Shown: piece by piece, positions 27,719 to 39,491 of the stretch
Position numbering within the stretch: position 1 is the first letter of the stretch
How the letters are laid out: each line of letters begins with the position of its first letter
Assembly (NCBI GenBank): GCA_951406725.2
Contig: OX597820.1
Coordinates: 35,464,001-35,528,000, forward strand
Reading direction: 5' to 3'
From: Octopus vulgaris
Lineage: Eukaryota
DNA length: 64,000 nucleotides
Made by a program: the position numbers and the translations under genes
The notes under the pieces: model-generated
Seen by the model: only the letters and a program-made list of their open reading frames with translations
What the model was told of the DNA's origin: nothing
Database searches by the model: none

Positions 27719-28393
27719 ATACATACATGCATACATACATACATACACACATATATTGCATGTATGCATATATCTGTATGTATATGTACATATATGTACA
27801 TAGATGTATATATATGTGTGTATATATATATATATATGTACATTCATACACACAAGCACAAATATATATACACACACTTACACATACATACACTCGCATA
27901 TATATATATATATATATATATATAGTATCAAGTCACGTGTCGCCTTTTAGTTCGTTGGCTTCAAGCACTTTCAGTCACGATATAGGGATATGAAACAGAA
28001 AGAAATGGTTTTAGCAGAGAGAGAACTCAAAGAAAAATGGTGTATTATAAAAGACAAATAGATCAGTTACATAAATAGATATGTATGACAGAAGGAGAGA
28101 GGGAGGGAGGGAGGGAGGGAGGAAGAAAAAAAGAAAGTAAGAATGAAAGAAAGTGAGAAGGAATGAGAGAGTAAGATAAACAGGCAGATAGACAGAGAGA
28201 GAAATAGTCATTGGTCAGGTAATCAGTCAAATCGGGGTGAAAAAAAAGAAAGAGGAAAGAATGTATAATGCAAGTTCTTAAGAGGGGAGAATAAAACAGA
28301 ACAAAGAAACGTTAAGTTCTAGAATAGAATGGATATTAGAGAGTAAACGTGATAAAATAAAGGTCACATAGAGAGTGTGCCGAACATAGAAGT

Positions 28394-28410
28394 GTTAGAA
28401 AAAAAGAGGC

Positions 28411-28451
<41 letters not shown>

Positions 28452-28810
28452 GTGAGTGAGAGAGAGAGAGAGAGTGAGTGAGTGAGAGAGAGAGAGAGAG
28501 TGAGAGAGAGAGAGTAAGTGAGTGAGAGAGAGAGTGAGTGAGAGAGAGAGAGAGTGAGTGAGAGAGAGAGAGTGAGAGGAAGGTCAGAAATTCTGCATCA
28601 ATATATGGGGGGGAAAGACAGTGAGAATTGATGAATAGAGTAGATTTTGCTTGAGAGAAAAACAGAGTAGACTCTGAGAGGGGAGGTGTACAGAGAGAGA
28701 GAGACAGAGACAGACAGACAGACAGACAGAGAGACAGACAGGCAGAGACAGAGGGAGACAGAAAGAAGAGTGAGGATGAGAGAGTGAGACAGTGTGGGAC
28801 AGAGAAAGAG
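28394..28810. repeat. (GA)n/(GAGT)n/(GACA)n purine-rich microsatellite
   Basis: Directly visible. Confidence 0.9.
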
Positions 28811-28896
28811 AGAAAGAAAACTTTGTTCATGATATCAAAGCGTGAGTGGAGAATATGTTCGAAATTCTCTCCCACACTCTTTATACACACCCATAC

Positions 28897-28934
<38 letters not shown>

Positions 28935-29322
28935 AAACACACATACATACACACATATATGTATGTATGTATATATGTATTATATATTATAATACATATA
29001 TATGTGTGTAATATAATATTCCTTTCTGCTCTCGGCACAAGGCCCGAAATTTGGGGGGAAGGGGCCCGTCGATTAGATCGATCCCAGTACACAACTGGTA
29101 CTTAATTTATCGACCCCAAAAGGATAAAAGGCAAACTCGACCTCGGCAGTATTTGAACTCAGAACGTAAATTTCAATAGTTTTTGACTCAAGAACTATTG
29201 AAAAGTTTGCAAGACGCAACGAAAATTTTAGAAAAATGAATAAGTAAACGAGTGGAAATTTTACCAGTGTGTGTGTCAAATTATAAGGCACTAAAAGATA
29301 ATGACCCTCTCCAGACACAACA

Positions 29323-29384
<62 letters not shown>

Positions 29385-29545
29385 ATATATACATACATAC
29401 AATATACATATATTATATATATATATATAATATATATATACATATATATATATACATACATATATATATGCACACATATACATATATTATATATATATAT
29501 ATACACAAATACATATATATATATTAATATATATATATATACATA

Positions 29546-29585
<40 letters not shown>

Positions 29586-29651
29586 TCGCCATGATAGATC
29601 AGTAGCCACTACACACATTTTTTTCTTTCTGTGTTCCTATATATGAGGGGT

Positions 29652-29986
29652 GAAGGCGCATGGCTCAGTGGTTAAAGCGTTGCGCTTACGCTTGTGAGGT
29701 TGTGAGCTCGAATCTTAGATCGGGCTGCATGTTGTGTTCTTGAGCAAGACACTTTATTTCACGTTGCTCCAGTTCACTCAGCTGTAGAAATGAGTTGCGA
29801 TGTCACAGGTGCCAAGTTGTATCGGCCGTTGCCTTTCCCTTGGATAACACTGGTGGCGTGGAGAAGGGAGGCAGGTATGTGAGAGCGACAGATGGTCTTC
29901 CATAAAGAACCTTGCCTGGACTTGTGCTTGGAAGGGTAACTTTCTAGGTGCAATCCCACGGTCAGTCATGACCGAAGAGGGGCCTC
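29652..29986 (+). mobile_element. SINE family C, full length
   Basis: Head GAAGGCGCATGGCTCAGTGG with B-box-like GAGCTCGAATC; collinear with 51501-51833. Confidence 0.85.
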
Positions 29987-30212
29987 AGGGCGTAAGAGTA
30001 AGAAAGTTAAGAACCAACTGCAGGTCAAACGACCAAGCAAGTTGATATTCGCAGACGGAGAAAAGAATCATTCTTCAACTTCGTACAAATTTTCACAAGT
30101 CCATGGTAGACATAAATTGGAGGGAAGGACCAAATTAATCTGACGAAACACTGGAGTATTGTTTAGAAGTGAATGGTGAAGAATTAATGAAACCAGACAG
30201 AAATAAATAGGT

Positions 30213-30379
30213 ACAGGAGTGGCTGTGTGGTAAGTAGCTTGCTTACCAGCTTCATGGTTCCGGGTTCAGTGCAGCGCAGTGGCACTTTGGGCAAGTGTTT
30301 TTTACTATAGCTTCGGGCCGACCACAGCATTGAGAGTGGATTTGGCAGAGGGGAAAGTGAAAGAAGCCCTTCGTATATG

Positions 30380-30414
<35 letters not shown>

Positions 30415-30543
30415 TTTACCCCGCAACATCGCTTGATAACTGATCCAGGTGTGTTTACGTCTCCGTAACTTAGTGGTTCGGCAAAAGGCAGTTCTACAGC
30501 ATGGTCGCAGTCAAATGACTGAAACAAATAAAATGTCAAAAGA
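30213..30543 (+). mobile_element. SINE family B with internal (TA)/(TG) tract
   Basis: Head GGAGTGGCTGTGTGGTAAGTAGCTTGC and tail CAGCATGGTCGCAGTCAAATGACTGAAAC. Confidence 0.85.
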
Positions 30544-30560
30544 GTATATACATATATATA

Positions 30561-30859
30561 TATAAAATACAAAATGGGACAAGAACGCAAAACATCCAGA
30601 TGGACGATACTAAGAAAACAAAGACGGGTCATTCGAAGTTTTCTCTCTTCAGTCAAGCACCAGATTATCCTCGCAATTTCAACTGATTATACATGAAATT
30701 GCTCCAATCTGGCCACCCCCATGGAAAAACTAAGCTAAGAGCATTAGATTCCTTGGAAGAAAGCAGCGGATGTATACAAACTAGATGTTTTGTTGTCCCT
30801 TTTTGTATCACCTAGCTGTCTGGATGTTTTGCGTTCTTGTGCCATTTTTGTATTTTATA
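30561..30859. repeat. Small element with ~40-bp terminal inverted arms, between (TA) tracts
   Basis: AAATACAAAATGGGACAAGAACGCAAAACATCCAGA versus TCTGGATGTTTTGCGTTCTTGTGCCATTTTTGTATTT. Confidence 0.8.
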
Positions 30860-30880
30860 TATATATATAGAGAGAGAGAG

Positions 30881-32990
30881 GAAAATTCTAATGAGACAGC
30901 GTACAAAAGTTTCAAATCGCCTAAACAAATAAAGTGAAAGCAGTGAAAAGTCCCGCCTGAAAATAAAACTGTTGGAAATTGAAAAATGTCTGCAACTCTC
31001 CCATGAAAAGGAAAGAGCAGACAAAGAAGCCTGGGCTATAGAAAACATAAAATCTAACCCCAGAGCTTTCTACAGGTATGCCAAAGAAACAGCTACGGTG
31101 CATTGTAGGATAGGGCCACTCCTTGAAAAGGATGGCACACTCACAGGAAATCCAATGAGGGTAAGTGAAATACTAAATGAGCAATTCAACAGTATTTTCA
31201 CTCCACCCCTAGAGCATTTTCAAGTCAGCAATCCAACTGACTTCTTTACCACTGCAGATATAAAATCAGAGGCAGCGATGATTGATTACATCAATATAAA
31301 GGAAGACGATGTAATAAAGGCTATTGATGAAATGAAAACAAACTCAGCTACTGGCCCCGATGGATTCCCAGCAATCCTTCCAAAAGTATGTAAGAGAGTC
31401 CTAGCAAGACCACTGCAGTTCCTCTTTCAGAGCTTCCTTGTAACTGGCAAACTTCCAAGAAAACTGAAGGAAGGTAAAATATGCCCTATTCATAAAGGAG
31501 GTAGCAGAGCGGAGGCCAAGAACTACAGACCTATCTCTCTGACCTCACACATCAGCAAGGTCATGGAACGAATAGTCAGAAGGAAACTAATCACCTTCCT
31601 TGAAGAAAATGACTTGCTGCCTGACACGCAACATGGTTTCCGACCAGGAATAAGCTGCTTAACTCAGCTCCTACAACACTATGACTGGGTGCTGAAACGC
31701 CTGCTCAACCACTCACATGTGGAAGTCATATATCTCGACTTTGCAAAGGCCTTTGATAAAGTCGATCATGGAATGATATGTCACAAACTGCGTGATCTTG
31801 GCATAGTTGGAAAATTGGGAGAATGGCTTCATGACTTTCTGAAGGATAGAAGTCAGGTAGAAGTCAGTCCATTAACACGCAAATAGTGAGCGGTCTTCCG
31901 CAAGGCACTGTTCTGGGACCACTACTGTTCATAATGCCCTCTCAGACATGCCCTCAGCCACGCAGAGAGCTACGATCACAAGTTATGCAGATGATACAAA
32001 AGTTTCACAGGCAATACAGAACCCTGAAGACACTAAGCACCTGCAATGTGAGCTGGACAAAATATACAAGTGGGCTCAAAAGAATAGCATGCAGTTCAAT
32101 GCTGAAAAGTTTCAAGCTTTATACTATCAGCATGCAAAACTAAATGCAATACCCAATAAATACACTGGACCTGGAGGGATTGCAATCCCAGAGGCACAAT
32201 CAGTGCGAGACCTGGGTATTTACATGAGTGATGATGCAACCTTTCATGTGCATGTTGCTAAATTAGCAATGAAATGTAGGCGGCTGACCGGATGGATTCT
32301 TAGAACCTTTAGAACAAGAGACCAGGAAACCATGATGGTCCTCTGGAGGACACTTGACTATTGCTCTCAGCTATGGTCACCATCCAGTGTCAAGTTAATC
32401 ACAGAACTTGAGGCGATCCAACGAAGCTACACGAAGAAGATAGCCTCTGTGCAGCATATAAGCTATTGGGAAAAACTCAAGAGATTGAGACTCTATTCCT
32501 TAGAGCGTAGGCGAGAAAGATATGCCATAATATACATCTGGAAGATCCAAGAAGGACTTGTCCCAAACTTTGGCATCGAGAGTTACACAAATGCCAGAAC
32601 TGGGCGCCACTGCATAGTGCCAAGGACTCCAAATTTGCCATCAAGATGTAGGACAAGATACTGTGATATCCTGGGCTTCCGAGGCCCACAACTCTTCAAT
32701 ATCCTCCCGAAGAACCTAAGAGACCTGCATGGGGTGGATGCAGATGTCTTTAAAATGAAACTGGATCTCTTCTTGTCAGGTGTCCCAGATGAACCAACTT
32801 CACGACAGGAAGTGCAGATGAGGGCAGCTGCATCGAACTCTCTCATGCACCAGATGGCATTTGCTAAAAAGCATTCGTGAAGTAAAATCATGTAGCAACA
32901 CCAAATGGCGGTGCCCCAGCATGGCCACAGCTTGTGAGCTGAAACTAAATAAAATAAAATAAAATAAAATAAAATAAAAATAAAATAATA
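30881..32990 (+). mobile_element. 5'-truncated CR1-group LINE; reverse transcriptase ORF2 pseudogene with frameshifts
   Basis: NYRPISLTS, QHGFR, IYLDFAKAFDKVDH, GLPQGTVLGPLLF, YADDTK, RDLGI, LDYCSQLWSP and LYSLERRR lie across ORFs 30972-31886, 31886-32143 and 31948-32880; (TAAAA)n tail. Confidence 0.95.
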
Positions 32991-33584
32991 CGGCGTACGT
33001 ACACTCTGTTCTCTCTATATATATATATTTATACACACACACACACATACGCACACACACACACACATATATGTATATAATTACGTGTGTATATATACAC
33101 ATGCAGTAACCCCTCGAATAGCGCGGGTGTTGCGTTCCAAAACCTACAGCGATAGATGCAAATCCGCGAAGTAGAAATATCCGCGAAGTACCCTTTTTAT
33201 TTCTTATAGTTCTTTTACTTCTTTCAGTCACTTGACTGTGGCCATGCTGGAGTACCTCTTTTAGTCGAAGAAATCCACCCAACGACATATTCTTTCTAAG
33301 CCTAGTGCTTATTCTAACGGACTAACTTGCCGAACTGCCAAGTTACAGGGACGTAAACACACCAATGTCTGTTGTCAAGCAATGGTGTGGTGAGGACAAA
33401 CACAGATGCATGCACAAATGCGTATATATATACGACATTTGATACACACACAAGTAGAGTATTGATCGAGACTTCGAAGTTACTGTCAATAAATAAATAT
33501 GCACTCGCTAAAAAGTAGTAGTCCTTCAGTTTAATGGAAAATCGTTTTATGTGTTATGTGTTGTGTGTGTGTGTGTTTGTGTGT

Positions 33585-33647
<63 letters not shown>

Positions 33648-34149
33648 AGTGTTCGTCATCTCTACCATCACTTACAACCGACATTGGTGTGTTTACGTCA
33701 CCTAACTTAGCTGTTCGGCAAAAGACACCGACAAAATAAGAATAAGTACTAGGCTTACAAAGAATAAGTCTTTGGGTCGATTTCTTTGACTAAAAGCCCT
33801 TTAAGATGGTGCTCCAGCATGAGCGCAGTCAAATGACTGAAACAAGTGAAAGAATAAACCAATATATGCTGCATCTAAACACAGTTCCTTTCTTACTTTT
33901 TATCTCCCCCTCATACTGCAGCGCTCCCACTTGTCTGCTAAACTTTCACCCTTTTCTTTTCCTCGCTTCATCAATATTTCTTCTTCTGAAAACAGCTTAT
34001 ACTTTCATTAAAACGTTAAGCTAGTATAATATTTGTCAAAACTTGTTCCTCCTTTATCGTCTTTCTTATTGCACTAACACCAAGTATACCGATAGTTCTA
34101 TCTACTTTTTCCTATGTCTTTCTATCTTTCCCTCTCTCCTTCTATCTCC

Positions 34150-34208
<59 letters not shown>

Positions 34209-34270
34209 GGTCCCGGGTTGATTCGGGGTTAACGACAGTAAATAAGGTACTCAATACATAGCAGAGTAAA

Positions 34271-34409
34271 ATTAATTTATTATATAGAAGGAGCTTCTAC
34301 AGGACAAGAACTGTTTCATTCAAGAGAAATCTTCAGGAGCTTCCTGAAGATTTCTCTTGAATGAAACAGTTCTAGTCCTGTAGAAGCTCCTTCTATATAA
34401 TAAATTAAT
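34271..34409. repeat. Near-perfect 139-bp palindrome containing a hammerhead
   Basis: Arms differ by about one substitution; the centre is CTTCAGG-AGCTT-CCTGAAG. Confidence 0.95.
34335..34391 (+). ncRNA. Type I hammerhead ribozyme
   Basis: Stem I AGGAGCUUC/GAAGCUCCU; core CUGAAGA; stem II U-UUC-UCUU-GAA-U (U.U at its base); GAA-ACAG/CUGU stem III; GUA cleavage triplet ending at 34382. Confidence 0.75.
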
Positions 34410-34657
34410 ATATATATATATATATAATAGAAATATTAAAATTACTAAGTCTCTCTAAAAGAGATTACGGCAGCGTTACTGGAAATTAATAGTTATCGCC
34501 ATACTAATATGGCAATCTTATAAATATAAGACTAAAGCTGTCGATGATTAGCTTCAAGAGGCCACCGCCTCAAGCTAGTTATTTGACACACAATCTGCGT
34601 CCATTATAGACTTTCGAACAGGGGAGGTCAGCCGCTTCATCCTGCTAGTCAGACAGC

Positions 34658-35165
34658 TTATATAAAATCCGTTCTGTCTGTCTGTCTGTGTGTGTGGCTT
34701 CTAGGATCTCGGGCATCCTCCATCCGATTGCGCACAAATTTGATATATAGATACCGACGGTATCAGGGCGTGTATAAATCTTGAAAAAACGACAAAAATC
34801 GATTCCAGGTCAGAATGCGATCGATAAAGCCGTGGGAAATCTTTTTTCTTTGGAATAGAAAAAAAGTCTATCTTTATTTCTTCTTTTGCTGGTGTCTCAA
34901 ATTTATGTTAAATCAGCGTTTCTCAAAGGGGAGGCCTATGGAACGGTCGGACAAGTTGTTTTGAGAAAATTTGGTTTAAATGTTTGACAACTCAGCACCG
35001 TCCATTGGACGGGGGGCGTTTTGCTCGTATACATACATATCACTACATACTCTCTCATACACATACATACCCTCACGTTGGGGCGAGGTCATTTGACCCT
35101 GTTATCTCCTCTATTTTCGCTCTTGCGTCTCACGTTTGATCTTTGATTTCTGGCCGGAATCATAT
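34658..35165 (+). mobile_element. Probable Helitron/Helentron-type non-autonomous element
   Basis: TATATAAAA start followed by (CTGT)n and CCGATTGCGCACAAATTTG, an arrangement reminiscent of DINE-1/HINE-like elements. Ends not resolved. Confidence 0.4.
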
Positions 35166-35374
35166 CGCCATGTTGGATCGCTAGCTTCTGCACGCATTTT
35201 TTTTCTCTCCTTGTTTCTCTCCGTGTTTCTTTTCTGTGTATCTTTCTGTTGAAGAGCGTAGGCTCGAAACGTTAAAGACTTGTTTTATTTATATTCCTGA
35301 GCGCCATACTAATACAATTGTTTGTTTGTATTCCACATGCCTTCGTCTTTTGTTTATTTTCATAAAGCTTCCCG

Positions 35375-35376
<2 letters not shown>
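35165..35376 (+). mobile_element. Penelope-like terminal repeat fragment with variant hammerhead core (35241-35278)
   Basis: UCUUU-CUGUUGA-A-GAGC-GUAG-GCUC-GAAACGUU-AAAGA. Homologous to 15880-16062; ends in (TA)n. Confidence 0.6.
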
Positions 35377-35463
<87 letters not shown>

Positions 35464-35547
35464 CATGCATGTATGTATGTATATACGTACGTACATATGC
35501 ATGTATGTATATATATGTGTGTATTTGTGTGTGTGTGTGTGTGTGTA

Positions 35548-35601
<54 letters not shown>

Positions 35602-36252
35602 TGTGTAGAGTATCTCACAGGTGTATGTACACCCTAAAGGACTATTTGCTATATTCAATATTTTATCCACTTTTTACAATCCAATGGACGGTCTTCTATA
35701 ACGTTTCTGTTTACGCTGTTTAATTTACGAGATATAGTTCTGCCAAAAGGCTTATCAAAATATATCGTAAAACAAGCCACGCAATGTGCTTGAACTCGAG
35801 ACTGAACTTCTTAATCATTCATCCATTAGAGAGACGTATTTGTGTGTTTGGATACATTAAGTCATTATTTATTCATATTTATATATGACATCTTTCTACT
35901 TACTCAAGTTGACTTACCTCGTAACGTTGGTTTCTTGTACACGTGTGTATGCTTATATGTTTAAGAGAGAGAGAGAGAGAAAGAGAGGGAGAGAGAGAGA
36001 TCGACGTATACACAGAGACAAACACAAGCATACACGCACACATACACACACAGATAGACAAAGAGACAGTGAGTATGTGTAGATGTGCGTTTAGCCAGAA
36101 GTGTAAGATATACCAAACGCCTAACCTTTATTCTGCAGGAAAAGAATTCACGCTCCGAGCATATAACAGACTCACCTCCACACAGTTATCAACACTAAAC
36201 AAACAAATGTGTATATGTAAATGTATGCTTAATACACACACACACAGATACA

Positions 36253-36304
<52 letters not shown>

Positions 36305-36381
36305 TATATGTTTATATATACACATATATACATATGTATATACATATACATACATATACATATGTATATACATATACATAC

Positions 36382-36437
<56 letters not shown>

Positions 36438-37090
36438 TTATAAAAATATGGTAAAGTAAAAGAATTCACTTTACCACACACCGAACTTTTCAGAAATAGC
36501 AGCCAAAAATTTGGCTATTTCTTCAACTGCAAATAAAAGTCTCCAGACAATGCATACTCAGAAAAATAACTCACATAGGAATAAGGGAAAAACAATGAAA
36601 GATCACATCCATATACGATACCCGAGGACAGTCTGTTTCTGGATTTGTGGGTAAAACGCCACTTTTCCTTCATCAGCTCAGAGATTTCTTCTGATTTAGA
36701 TTTGAAAATACTAAGAATCAAACATACCCGTCCGATATCTGTAACATCGGACAAACCATGCCAGACACACAGTACTAGCGAATCCAAAAATACGAATGAG
36801 ATCTATTATTCTCCCTGTCCGCCCACGTGAGTCATAGAGCATTCCATTTCTACAGAGGTAAAAACTGCAGTTCAAATTCTTGGAGAGAAAGCATTATATT
36901 GTTATGAAAAAAGGGGGTCGAATTAATTAATTATTAATAAATTCGACCAAGCAGTATTCGGTATGTAAAGACCATTTACGGTATATTTGAAGTATTAATT
37001 TATAAAAATATGGTAAAGTAAAAGAATTCACTTTACCACACACCGAACTTTTCAGAAATAGCAGCCAAAAATTTGGCTATTTCTGCCTAC

Positions 37091-37136
37091 CACACGCCGA
37101 CGATAGGCAATACACCTTGAAACCATGGTCCGTGTG
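37091..37136 (+). ncRNA. Type I hammerhead ribozyme, copy 1 (U4C core, outer stem I truncated)
   Basis: CACACG-CCGACGA-U-AGG..CCU-U-GAAAC-CAUG-GUC-CGUGUG; predicted cleavage after 37130. Confidence 0.75.
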
Positions 37137-37435
37137 TGGTTTCCGCTTCATCGGGGAATTACCTCCCTTTGCAGGATAAGGACACCGTGACGGTGTCGAG
37201 CCTTTCTGGTGACGTCGATGTTCGCCTGGGGCTAAATGCAACAGTAACACCCCCACCACCCTGCCCTGTCCCTAGCCATATTCAGATGGCTTTAGTCCCT
37301 TATGTTATCGAGCAGTTACTGTCTATATCTCTTTTAGAGAATTATTATTGCTTTCGAACAGATTTTCGAAATCAGCAAATGTATTTTGCTTGAAAATCTA
37401 TATATGAATATCCTGCAGAGTGAGAGTTCGTCGAG

Positions 37436-37509
37436 GAAGCGGAAGCCTACCACACGCCGACGATAGGCAATACACCTTGAAACCATGGTCCGTGTGTGGT
37501 TTCCGCTTC
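37436..37509 (+). ncRNA. Type I hammerhead ribozyme, copy 2, with extended bulged stem I
   Basis: GAAGCGGAAGCC-(UAC)-CACACG pairs with CGUGUG-(U)-GGUUUCCGCUUC; same core as copy 1; predicted cleavage after 37490. Confidence 0.8.
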
Positions 37510-37711
37510 ATCGGGGAATTACCTCCCTTTGCAGGATAAGGACACCGTGACGGTGTCGAGCCTTTCTGGTGACGTCGATGTTCGCCTGGGGCTAAATGCA
37601 ACAGTAACACCCCCACCACCCTGCCCTGTCCCTAGCCATATTCAGATGGCTTTAGTCCCTTATGTTATCGAGCAGTTACTGTCTATATCTCTTTTAGAGA
37701 ATTATTATTAT

Positions 37712-37762
<51 letters not shown>

Positions 37763-38427
37763 TCTATGTATTAATATTACCGAACGTGATACAGGAATCT
37801 TTGCACGTGTACGCAAATATCTCGCCAACAATGGTGATGACACTGAAAACAAATCCTTCGTTGTGGACGTACAGATAATGGTTTCTGCATCTAGTATTAT
37901 TGACGGAGAGGAAGGTGGAAAGATGAGGAGATGGGAAGATGGGAAAAATGTAGTGTAGCGCCTCTAAGAAACTCGTGAAAATTCTTAACATATGAACAAG
38001 CAGTGTATTTGCACAGACATTAGGCCATTCAGCTGAGTTCTTATCTTCAGTGTTTTTTTTTCAGTCACGTGTTACGTGTCAGAAGTGGGTAAACATTTAA
38101 ATAAACAAAATTAACTGGTACTGAAATCAACATAGTTACAATGATGTGGATTAGCAAATAAACAACAATAATAATACAAAAACTAGTAAATTAATTTCAC
38201 TGCGTTTCAAATTATTAACGACGTAACATTTTAAAAATTTTATTTAAAATCTACTTGTTAGAATTCAACGAAATTGCCACTGAATGATAACAACAGTTCT
38301 ATGCGCGTTGTGTATGTAGAAAAATGTGATGTTCTGCGCAAGTATAAACAACTTACGACCATTTGTATGATTTCCACGAACTTCCAGTGTTCCAATTTAT
38401 TAACGGGTGGTCTGATAATCGTATAAT

Positions 38428-38690
38428 TATGGGTCGTAAATGTGATTTAACTGCTCCAGAGAAATCTGTTTTTACTTTTGAACTTGCAAAATGTAAATCA
38501 TCATTAGAAATATCTAAAATAATTTTGAAGATATCACCAATCTGTGAAAAATTTTTGTTACAGCTCCTATGAAGATACGTAAGAAAGCCGATAAAGGCCA
38601 GTCGAGAGCTGTTTCTCAACGTTATCTGTCACGAATTTAGCGTGAAGCTGTAAAGAAGCTAGGTCTTACAAGGGGAAATTTCGTTGAACT
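38428..38690 (+). mobile_element. Tc1-like transposase N-terminal fragment
   Basis: MGRKCDLTAPEKS...KSSLEISKIL resembles the start of a Tc1 paired-like HTH. Confidence 0.55.
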
Positions 38691-39358
38691 CTAACAAGTA
38701 GTTTTTTAATAAAATACCTCGGAGGGATTTAAACTCAGAAGTTAAAAGGTTTTTACTAAATATCAGTTCGTTAACGAATCTATCAATCAATAAGACTTTA
38801 TGAACAATGCCTGTACTTTTGTCGGGAGTTATTTCTTATTCTTATTGTATCGACCACGAAAAGTTAAAATCTACCTCAGTGGAATATGAGCTCAGAAGTG
38901 TAAAGCTCGTAGAAATGTTTTTAAATATTTTGACAAGCGTGTTAAGGATTCTACCAGCTTACTGCCTTCACCACCCTTAATAATCGTACTATATTTTTCC
39001 AATATAGGTACAAGGCTAGCAATTTAGGGACCTTTTATTTAATCGACCTCGAAAGGTTAAAATACAAAATTGACCACTACAGCAATTGGACTCAGAAGGT
39101 AAATACTTTTACCATCACTCTAACGATTCTTTAAATCCAATTACTATATAATTAATGAAGCGCCAAACAAAAATATAAACAAATAAAGTAATTAGGAAAT
39201 TAATGAAAATCTCACTGTCTTTCAGCCAATCGTACGATGACACGTGTTAGAACGTTCCTAAATGATAATCAAAAGTGACGAAAGTTGCAGGTGTAATTAG
39301 TTTTCAGTATGAATCTTGTGCGAACGTATGAATATATGTATGTATGTGCGTTTGTAAA

Positions 39359-39429
<71 letters not shown>

Positions 39430-39491
39430 TGTTTTTAATTATGTATGTACGTACTCATGTATGAATGTGTGTTCATACACACACACATATA

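Larger units (their letters stand above)
36434..37713. mobile_element. Composite ~1.28-kb non-coding insertion in (TA)n, carrying two direct-repeat pairs and two hammerheads (retrozyme/Penelope-like)
   Basis: (TA)n on both sides; an ~87-bp repeat at 36435-36521 and 36997-37083; a 265-bp identical repeat at 37085-37349 and 37445-37709. Confidence 0.8.

Noticed and set aside
30620-30656. Minus-strand CUGAAGA...GAAU motif as a hammerhead
   Set aside because: GAAU instead of GAAA and no convincing stem I or III.
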